Shown piece after piece: positions 20,596 through 27,438 of a stretch of DNA of 64,000 nucleotides. This DNA is from Bacteroidetes bacterium CG12_big_fil_rev_8_21_14_0_65_60_17. GTDB taxonomy: Bacteria; Bacteroidota; Rhodothermia; Rhodothermales; UBA10348. The translations under genes and the position numbers were made by a program. Every line of letters begins with the position of its first letter. Within the stretch, counting starts at the first letter, position 1. The notes under the pieces are model-generated. The model ran no database searches. It had not been told where the DNA came from and saw only the letters and a program-made list of their open reading frames with translations. Location: assembly GCA_002787815.1 (NCBI GenBank), contig PCUY01000017.1, forward strand, positions 3,635 to 67,634. Reading direction: 5' to 3'.

Positions 20596-21810
20596 TCACG
20601 ATTTCTTGCCAAAGAGGTGCACGAGAAACCCGCTGCGCAACTTGGGCTCGAACCACGTCGATTTCGGAGGCATCAGAAGACCTGCATCCGAGACATCCAC
20701 AAGCTCCTTGATGTCCGTGGCATACATCGAGATAGCCATGTCCGATTCACCACTGTTGACACGCTGCTCGAGCGCACCCGTTCCGCGAATCCCGCCTACG
20801 AAATCGATGTTTGGATCTGTCCGCGGATCGGTAATTCCAAGCATGGGCTCGAGGAGGGCATGTGTCAGTCGGCCCACATCCAGATGGTCCACCAGGCTCG
20901 CACCGGGTGCCGCCGCCGGCAGCGCCATGCCGTACCATGTACCATCCAGGTAAAGTGAAATCCGCCCTTTTTCGACAGGAACCGGATCGGCATCCGGCTC
21001 CAGATCGAACCGGGCTTTGAGCTCCTCAAGGAACGATGCCGGACCACGTGGCACGGAGTGGATGACGCGGTTGTACGGCAGGATGACGACTTCACTGAGG
21101 GGAAACAGCACGGCTGGGAAAAAACGTGCTTCAGGATCGGCTGTACCGATTTCAGCGGCTGCGCGGCTGGCCGCTTTGCAGCGGTGGTGACCATCGGCTA
21201 CATAGAGCCTGGGTATGTCCCGAAACGCGGCAACGAAAGCGTCTGCGTCAGGTGCCCTCCATATTGTATGTCGCACCCCGTCGTCAAACGTGATGTTGTA
21301 GAGAGGATCTTGCCTGCGGGCCTCTGCCATGAGGGCCAACGTCGCGTCGTCGTCCCTGTAGGTCAGCATGACAGGCTCGGCATGCGCCTCCTGTTCCATG
21401 ATATGGCGCGTCCTGTCGTCCTCCTTGGCAAGACGCGTACGTTCGTGCTTCAGGATTACGTCCTGGTCATAGTCCTGTGTGGAAACGCATGCGAAGACCC
21501 CCGACTGCGTCCTCCCGTCCATTTCCAGTTCGTAGACGTAGACCGACGGCTCGGAATCCTGCTCGGAGAAAGCCGAATGTTGATAGGACCGGAGATTTTC
21601 TGCACCGAGGGCATAGACGGCGTCGTCATACTCGCTGGTACCCTCCGGCAGATCGATTTCGGGTCGGATGACATGAAGGAAGCTGAGGGGTTTTCCTTCA
21701 GCCAGGTACCGGGCTTCCTCGGAATCGATAACATCATAGGGTACGCAGGCGACTTCTGACGCCTTTTCGGAAACGGGTCGCAGGGCCTTGAACGGGTGCA
21801 GTATTGCCAT
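20596..21810 (-). CDS. DUF1015 domain-containing protein
   Basis: 404 aa. N-terminus MAILHPFKALRP... and segments YVADGHHR and GGIRGTG match my recollection of DUF1015. No known function. Confidence 0.8.
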   Translation of the reverse strand: MAILHPFKALRPVSEKASEVACVPYDVIDSEEARYLAEGKPLSFLHVIRPEIDLPEGTSEYDDAVYALGAENLRSYQHSAFSEQDSEPSVYVYELEMDGRTQSGVFACVSTQDYDQDVILKHERTRLAKEDDRTRHIMEQEAHAEPVMLTYRDDDATLALMAEARRQDPLYNITFDDGVRHTIWRAPDADAFVAAFRDIPRLYVADGHHRCKAASRAAAEIGTADPEARFFPAVLFPLSEVVILPYNRVIHSVPRGPASFLEELKARFDLEPDADPVPVEKGRISLYLDGTWYGMALPAAAPGASLVDHLDVGRLTHALLEPMLGITDPRTDPNIDFVGGIRGTGALEQRVNSGESDMAISMYATDIKELVDVSDAGLLMPPKSTWFEPKLRSGFLVHLFGKKS

Positions 21811-21931
21811 GGAAAAACCGGAAGGAGTTGCGTTGGACTATTGATAGCGGACGACGAGCGAAAATACAATCCAGTTCGGCAAACACCATGTTTCCAGACG
21901 GAATCTTCAAGGATTCACACGGGCGCAGGCA

Positions 21932-21960
21932 TTGGTTTTGGCGTAAGAATTCCTTAACAT
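21932..21960 (+). promoter_or_regulatory. Possible sigma-70-like promoter for tRNA-fMet (TTGGTT-N17-TAACAT)
   Basis: TTGGTT at 21932-21937, a 17-nt spacer, TAACAT at 21955-21960, 11 nt upstream of the mature tRNA 5' end. Weak match. The lineage's promoter consensus may differ. Confidence 0.25.
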
Positions 21961-21971
21961 GATGTCTCAAT

Positions 21972-22044
21972 CGCGGGGTGGAGCAGCTGGTAGCTCATCG
22001 GGCTCATAACCCGAAGGTCGCAGGTTCGAATCCTGCCCCCGCTA
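21972..22044 (+). tRNA. Initiator tRNA-fMet (anticodon CAT)
   Basis: CGCGGGGTGGAGCAGCTGGTAGCTCATCGGGCTCATAACCCGAAGGTCGCAGGTTCGAATCCTGCCCCCGCTA. Unpaired 1:72 position, A11:U24, three G:C pairs closing the anticodon stem, CAT anticodon. Near-identical in layout to E. coli tRNA-fMet. No encoded CCA. Confidence 0.93.
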
Positions 22045-22049
22045 CTGCA

Positions 22050-22087
22050 GGCGCGCGGCTCCGGACGGAGCCGCGCGCCTTTCTTTT
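22050..22087 (+). terminator. Rho-independent terminator after tRNA-fMet
   Basis: Perfect 13-bp GC-rich stem GGCGCGCGGCTCC / GGAGCCGCGCGCC with a GGAC loop, followed by TTTCTTTT. Confidence 0.75.
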
Positions 22088-22127
22088 GCAGTCACTTCTT
22101 CTGTATCGAGCCAAGTGCCCTCATCCC

Positions 22128-23099
22128 ATGTCCAGCCGTCCCCTTTTCTTCCTTTTTGTGGACGGACTGGGGCTGGGGCCGGACGCCAGTGCGAACCTGA
22201 TGTCAACGCGTGCCCTGCCCGGCTTCCGGGCCTGGACCGGAGGCGCGCCCTGGACACTCCAGGGCACGCGCACCCCTGAAAACCGGGACGGGACGCGGGT
22301 CTTCCGCGGAATTGACGCCACACTCGGCGTGTCGGGCCTGCCACAGAGCGGAACAGGGCAGAGCACCCTCTTCACGGGTACGAACTGCGCAGCGCTCATG
22401 GGCCGACACTACGGTCCGTGGCCACCTACCGTTACGCACCCTTTGCTTGACTCGGAAAGCCTCTTCCACAGGGCCATGGAACTGGCAGCCGGAGATGTCC
22501 TTTTCGCCAATGCCTATCCCGATGCATTTTTTGAACGCAACGGCCGTACGGGCCGCTGGTCCACAACCACCCGGGCCGCCCGGGCCGCCGGCCTGTCGCT
22601 GTGCTCCCTCCGCGACCTGGCAGCAGGAAGGGCCCTTGCCGCCGATATAACGGGGCGCGGACTGTCGGCCTTCTCCGGAGCGCCGCATCCAGTAACAGAA
22701 CAGCTCGCCGCTGAGCGTCTTGCCGGCCTCGTGGCCGCCCACAGCCTGGTCGTTTTCGAATATTTCCACACGGACAAGGCCGGACATACGGCGTCGCGCG
22801 AGCGGCTGATTCCCGTGCTTGACTCATTCGATGAGTTCCTGCTCGCCCTCTACCAGGTATGGCCGGAGCGCGCCACGCTTGTTGTGACGAGTGATCATGG
22901 AAATGCAGAAGACATCGGGGTCAAAACCCATACCCGCAACCCGGTCCCGCTCCTCGTGTACGGACCGCTGGCTCATCATTTCGAAGGAGTCGAGAGTCTC
23001 ACAGGCGTCATGCCCGCCATGCTGCAGGCCATCGAAGATGCGACGAACCGGGATCAGAGCCGGGGATTGAGCTCCCTGAGCAGGCGTTCCGCGTTGTAG
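22128..23099 (+). CDS. Alkaline-phosphatase-superfamily 'metalloenzyme' protein (cofactor-independent phosphoglycerate mutase / phosphopentomutase-like)
   Basis: Start moved to ATG 22128 because the track ORF begins inside the tRNA. FLFVDGLGLG (metal-binding Asp), PQSGTGQSTLFTG (nucleophile-type Ser/Thr loop), HTDKAGH, VVTSDHGN. Confidence 0.7.
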   Translation: MSSRPLFFLFVDGLGLGPDASANLMSTRALPGFRAWTGGAPWTLQGTRTPENRDGTRVFRGIDATLGVSGLPQSGTGQSTLFTGTNCAALMGRHYGPWPPTVTHPLLDSESLFHRAMELAAGDVLFANAYPDAFFERNGRTGRWSTTTRAARAAGLSLCSLRDLAAGRALAADITGRGLSAFSGAPHPVTEQLAAERLAGLVAAHSLVVFEYFHTDKAGHTASRERLIPVLDSFDEFLLALYQVWPERATLVVTSDHGNAEDIGVKTHTRNPVPLLVYGPLAHHFEGVESLTGVMPAMLQAIEDATNRDQSRGLSSLSRRSAL

Positions 23100-25303
23100 A
23101 CCTCGTCAAGGGCAATCAGAATGGCCCGAACATCGACAGCAATGGCACGCCCGTCTCCGGGAACGAGCGCGAAGTCGTCGGGCAGTTTTTCGATGTTGCT
23201 GTCGAAAACGATGCCTACGAGCCGACCCTTTGTGTCGATTACGGGCGAACCGGAACTTCCTCCGGTGATATCGAGCGTGGACACAAAATTGAGCGGCGTC
23301 TGGACGAACGCACTGTCCGTCTTCTGCCACGCTGCATGCAGGTCCCATTCGTCCGGATCCGGGTTCATGCGCGCAAGTTCCTGCATACCGGACACGCGCG
23401 TAAACGCACCCTCATGACGCCGCGTGGCACGGATGCGCCCGTCCGAGTAACGCAACGTGAATGACGCATCGGGAGGACTCGCGCTGCCGTGGATGTGGTA
23501 GCGGAGCTCTTCGAGCTCGCCCATCGAGACGTGCTCCCGCGACAACAGCCCACGCCATTCCTGGTCGAACGTCAGGAACAGCGGTCCCAGCGCCCTGATG
23601 ACGCGGATCGAAACGTCCCGGCTGGCCAGGTAGTTGGTGTCGAGCAATTGGCGAAGGCTGTCGTTGTGAATGAGCGCTGAGTGGTTGGCCAGGGTATCGG
23701 CGAGCGCTTCCGGCGAAATCGATTCAAACAGACGACGCACGGTCGGGTCGCGCATACCCAGTACCCGCTCCAAATCGACCAGTCGCTCCAGGATGAGACC
23801 ACGCTCGACATCGCGAGGCCAATCCTCAAGTGACAGGGCTTCCCGGCGGATATCGGCCAGATCCTGCTCGGTGGCGCCACGCTGCTTCCACTGGGCATAC
23901 ACATTGGCGTAGAGTGCCCGCGTCAGAATGCGTGACCCAGCCGAAGGATCTGCAAAAAACAGGAATGCCTGTCCGCGACGCATGCTGGATTCCTTCGATT
24001 CCTGCACGAGGGCAAGTTGTTCGTGGACGTTGTCAAACGCCTTCCGGAGTGAATCATCCCTGCGGAGGGTGCGCCGCAGATCACGCTCCCAACTCGCCCT
24101 GACCGGGAGCACATTCCCCTGGACCAGCCCCTGCAACCGGCCAACATCCGCCTTGTGCATGTTCTGGACCTGCATGAGGGCACCCCGCATGTCGATCGAG
24201 TCGGTCGGAGCCCGAACATATCCCTCGATAACATCCATGCGACGCGCAAGGGCCTGCACCCGGGCGGGCAAATGAGCATCGCGCTCGAATTCGAGGACTG
24301 AGACGGGAGCCAGGCGCATGGTGCGACCCGGGTTTCCCACCGCAAACACGGACTCCCCCTCCTTCGTACCACCTGTATGCAGCGGAAGCCAGTACTCAGG
24401 TTCATGGGCCACTCCAGTGCTGTCCACGACACGCAGCAGCGCCACATCGAACGTATGGCGCGGCCACGAAAAATTGTCCGTATTCCCGCCGAAAAAACCG
24501 GCGTTGATGTCGGGCGCGAATACCAGGCGTAGATGTCGATGTCGACGATACACATACGCACTGTACTTGACGGCACTGTAGGTCTCGAAGACTTCGACTA
24601 CGTGAAGGGAATCCGGTCCGTTCAACGTGTTTTCCATCCGTTGCTCAATGGCGCGAGCCCGTTTTCTCCTGGCCTCCTGCCTGTGATCCGCGCCCCGAAC
24701 GTTCCGGGCGGCCTGCAGCACTTCACGGGTTACGTCCTCCACGCGCAGCAATTCATCTACGTAGGTGTCTTCCAGAATGCGTTCCAGGGAGTCGTGCCGG
24801 GCCAGGAATCCACTGCCCAGCAAGTCCTCACCGGGCTGCTCCACACGTTCCAGCAGATCCCGGATGCAGTGGTGATTAGTCAGTACAAGTCCTCTTGATG
24901 ACACAAAACCCGCACTGCACGTACTTCCCAGTCTGAGCGCGGAGCGCTGCGTCGTTACGCGCCAGGTTGAATCGGGCAGGAAGTCATGCTCGCGCTCCCA
25001 CGCATTCTCCGGAAGAAGGTCGGGGGGCCAGATCCTCCCGTCCACTGCGGCAGGCACATCGACCTCGTCGTACGGATAGCTGTCTTCGCCGAGTCCGACT
25101 TCCGTCGGATCGGTGTCTAAGGCCTGTTTTTCTTCGACCGCACCCGGTGGGGGCTTGGGGCGGGACGTGACTTCGGCGACCTCCCTGGGTGGTGTACATG
25201 AGGATAACAGCAATACCGTCAGCATGGTCACAGCGACCACCCGGCAAGGGACAGGACAGGCAGGTATCATGGAATGAATGCGTATCGTGGATCTTCGGAG
25301 CAC
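23054..25303 (-). CDS. Peptidase family S46 (dipeptidyl-peptidase 7/11-like)
   Basis: 749 aa. Catalytic His region GFVSSRGLVLTNHHC, GGNTDNFSWPRHTFDVALLRV, and catalytic Ser region ITGGSSGSPVIDTKGRLVGIVFD. Possible lipoprotein start at 25270 (…LLLSSC). Confidence 0.9.
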   Translation of the reverse strand: MLRRSTIRIHSMIPACPVPCRVVAVTMLTVLLLSSCTPPREVAEVTSRPKPPPGAVEEKQALDTDPTEVGLGEDSYPYDEVDVPAAVDGRIWPPDLLPENAWEREHDFLPDSTWRVTTQRSALRLGSTCSAGFVSSRGLVLTNHHCIRDLLERVEQPGEDLLGSGFLARHDSLERILEDTYVDELLRVEDVTREVLQAARNVRGADHRQEARRKRARAIEQRMENTLNGPDSLHVVEVFETYSAVKYSAYVYRRHRHLRLVFAPDINAGFFGGNTDNFSWPRHTFDVALLRVVDSTGVAHEPEYWLPLHTGGTKEGESVFAVGNPGRTMRLAPVSVLEFERDAHLPARVQALARRMDVIEGYVRAPTDSIDMRGALMQVQNMHKADVGRLQGLVQGNVLPVRASWERDLRRTLRRDDSLRKAFDNVHEQLALVQESKESSMRRGQAFLFFADPSAGSRILTRALYANVYAQWKQRGATEQDLADIRREALSLEDWPRDVERGLILERLVDLERVLGMRDPTVRRLFESISPEALADTLANHSALIHNDSLRQLLDTNYLASRDVSIRVIRALGPLFLTFDQEWRGLLSREHVSMGELEELRYHIHGSASPPDASFTLRYSDGRIRATRRHEGAFTRVSGMQELARMNPDPDEWDLHAAWQKTDSAFVQTPLNFVSTLDITGGSSGSPVIDTKGRLVGIVFDSNIEKLPDDFALVPGDGRAIAVDVRAILIALDEVYNAERLLRELNPRL

Positions 25304-25346
25304 GCCACGGAACAGGTCGGCATCCTTGGAATAAGAGGCGCGACCT

Positions 25347-25430
25347 GCGAGAGTGGCGGAATTGGTAGACGCGCCAGATTTAGGATCTGGTGTCCGAAAG
25401 GACGTGGGGGTTCGAGTCCCCCCTTTCGCA
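25347..25430 (+). tRNA. tRNA-Leu (anticodon TAG)
   Basis: GCGAGAGTGGCGGAATTGGTAGACGCGCCAGATTTAGGATCTGG...GGGGGTTCGAGTCCCCCCTTTCGCA. Class II tRNA with a long variable arm, a 7-bp acceptor stem (one G:U) and anticodon loop TTTAGGA. Confidence 0.93.
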
Positions 25431-25526
25431 CAGCACAGCCGGCAAAAACGGCACCGCCGGGCCGGACAGAATAGGGTGTCGCAGAACCTGCTCCGACACG
25501 CACCGCACGTCTGATTTTGCGCGCCA

Positions 25527-26423
25527 TCAATTCAGCATGGCTGAATAATCCGACACATGAGGCGGGTCGGTAACGGAGAGTAGCTCAAACGCCTGGCTCG
25601 CCTGGCGGGACTCTTTGAATATGGATGCCAATTCCTGGTACTTGGCCGAGAAAAACTGGTCCAGGTAGTAGGATCGGGCCACATTCTCGCGCAGCACGGA
25701 CAGACCCTCTATGACCTCGAGAACGGTGTTCCTGGCTTTGTCCTGATCCTGCAGGAAAGAATCCAGTCCACCATAATGATAGTGAAAATAGGCTTCACGG
25801 AGCGGCCTGAACCGGGAATCCACGATCTGGTCAATCAACTCACCCCGCGTCCGATTGCCTCCGATGGATGACCATCCCGTGCCTCCGGCTCCCTGCGCCG
25901 TCTGCGCAATTCTGCGCGCCTCCTGGAACCAGGGCTGTCCACCGCGGAGGCTGAACGTGTCGTAGTCGAATCCGAGCATCAGATAGGCGTAGAAATCCAA
26001 TACGGATGTGATCGGGTGGAATCGATCAGGTTGGAAAACGAGCGGGGTTCCCCGCGTATACTCGAACGACCAGGACTCGTCATTGAGCTGCAGCACGGTG
26101 GTCTGCTGCGCCGTTCCATAGATGGGCCGTCGCATGGCAACAATGAGACGCGCCCGGAAATTGGTCAGACCCGTGGCATCGGTCATTACAATCTGCATGG
26201 AGCAGTCAATGCGCTCATCGGATAAGAAGCGGTCATCGGTCCATTCACGCCTGTTCATGTATTCCAGGATACGATCCCGGAGTTCATCCAGAAAGCTGTA
26301 GTCGGTCCCCGACAGACTGGCATAGTTGACGCTGACACTACAGCGGAATTCCTGCGCCGACGCTGTGCGAAGAGGCACAAGGAAAAGCGGGATCACAAGC
26401 AGAAGAGTCAGTCTTCGGAGCAT
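25527..26423 (-). CDS. DUF4835 domain-containing protein (some databases label this family T9SS-associated PorD)
   Basis: Start chosen at 26423 (MLRRLTLLLVIPLFLVPLRTASAQ signal peptide). EFRCSVSVNYASLSGTDYSFLDELRDRILEYMNRREWTDDRF...ERIDCSMQIVM matches my memory of the DUF4835 N-terminal pattern. Confidence 0.75.
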   Translation of the reverse strand: MLRRLTLLLVIPLFLVPLRTASAQEFRCSVSVNYASLSGTDYSFLDELRDRILEYMNRREWTDDRFLSDERIDCSMQIVMTDATGLTNFRARLIVAMRRPIYGTAQQTTVLQLNDESWSFEYTRGTPLVFQPDRFHPITSVLDFYAYLMLGFDYDTFSLRGGQPWFQEARRIAQTAQGAGGTGWSSIGGNRTRGELIDQIVDSRFRPLREAYFHYHYGGLDSFLQDQDKARNTVLEVIEGLSVLRENVARSYYLDQFFSAKYQELASIFKESRQASQAFELLSVTDPPHVSDYSAMLN

Positions 26424-26584
26424 GGGCTGCTGCGTGAGCATGGTGTTCTGATTCGATGACGGCGTGTCGTCGCGCATGGGCAGCGCCGCGGATACCGTGC
26501 GGGCTGTTACCACAGTCAGAGGTTACAGTTTCAGCAAAAATGGGTCCGTTGGATGGCGTCTGAAAGAAGTACACATACACCATG

Positions 26585-26616
26585 CCATGACACACCTGCA
26601 ACATACCATGACACAC
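26585..26616. repeat. 11-bp direct repeat CCATGACACAC x2, 21 bp centre to centre
   Basis: Exact copies at 26585-26595 and 26606-26616, read directly from the sequence. Confidence 0.8.
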
Positions 26617-27423
26617 TGTCTGCTGCTGACCGCGATCCAGATCATGAGCGCGGCCAGCCCACATGTCAGCCGAGCCCAGTGGCCGGCAGACGTGGAGTCT
26701 GCTGGGCGGGGCGGAGCGGCCGGTGCCCTGCCGGGGCACCTCACGCCGCTCCGCCCCGCCCAGCTCCCCGAAGCGGGATTCGGCGTCGAGATCGGACAGA
26801 GCGTGCCACTGGGCCTGCGCGCGCTTGCGGCGTCTTCCGTGCGCACGTGGCATGCACGACACACATGGTCCGGCAGCCTGGGTCTTGACATGCAGTCTTT
26901 CGATGCGTGGTCGGCATTCCGGCCCTACATATCACTGGCCGTCCATCCGCGACCGGGGCCTTCAAACGTGCGTGTCGCATCTTCCGTTGGCATGGAAGTG
27001 GAAAAACTGGGTGTGCTGGGTCGCAGGATGACGCCTCTCCTGGTGGGCGGCGTCCGTTTCCCTGTCATGCGGCAAATACATCTCTCGGCCCACGCCATCA
27101 ATTCCCGTGCGGCCGACCGGCAGGGCACGCGCGCCACCCTGCAGGTAAGCATGCAGTGCATGCGATGTCCGTTCTCCGGGCATGCCGCCTGGAGTCTGCA
27201 TCCGCGGGAGGGAGGGCTTTTCTCGGCAGGGGGAGACTGGACCCTCACCCGCTTCATGTCCATCGGAATGGGAGCACAGAGCCATCCGCTTACCGTGGGG
27301 TTCCGTCTTCAAATAACCGCGGTCAATGCCGTGTCAGCACGTATTTCCGCCCTTGCACATCACAACACGCCACCTACGCAGGTTTATGCACTTCGGATCA
27401 TTGGTGGCCATGAGTCCATGTAG
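26587..27423 (+). CDS. Hypothetical protein, possibly a small outer-membrane beta-barrel; coding status uncertain
   Basis: Longest ORF in the region (track 26464..27423), with no comparable ORF on the other strand. Alternating-hydrophobic strands (GFGVEIGQSV, ATLQVSMQC, WTLTRFMSIGMGA, LTVGFRLQITAV). No recognisable family. Start ambiguous (26587, 26608 or 26890). The ORF contains a 62-nt palindrome. Confidence 0.35.
   Translation: MTHLQHTMTHCLLLTAIQIMSAASPHVSRAQWPADVESAGRGGAAGALPGHLTPLRPAQLPEAGFGVEIGQSVPLGLRALAASSVRTWHARHTWSGSLGLDMQSFDAWSAFRPYISLAVHPRPGPSNVRVASSVGMEVEKLGVLGRRMTPLLVGGVRFPVMRQIHLSAHAINSRAADRQGTRATLQVSMQCMRCPFSGHAAWSLHPREGGLFSAGGDWTLTRFMSIGMGAQSHPLTVGFRLQITAVNAVSARISALAHHNTPPTQVYALRIIGGHESM
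26702..26763. repeat. 62-nt compound palindrome (19-bp outer stem plus 7-bp inner stem)
   Basis: CTGGGCGGGGCGGAGCGGC (26702-26720) pairs perfectly with GCCGCTCCGCCCCGCCCAG (26745-26763). The inner GGTGCCC-TGCCG-GGGCACC hairpin sits between them. No flanking T-tract. Confidence 0.85.
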
Positions 27424-27438
27424 CTGGAGAAACGGATT

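Noticed and set aside
21978-22127. 5' part of track ORF 21978..23099.
   Set aside because: It starts inside the tRNA-fMet gene and reads through its terminator hairpin. The conserved metalloenzyme N-terminus (PLFFLFVDGLGLG) follows the ATG at 22128.
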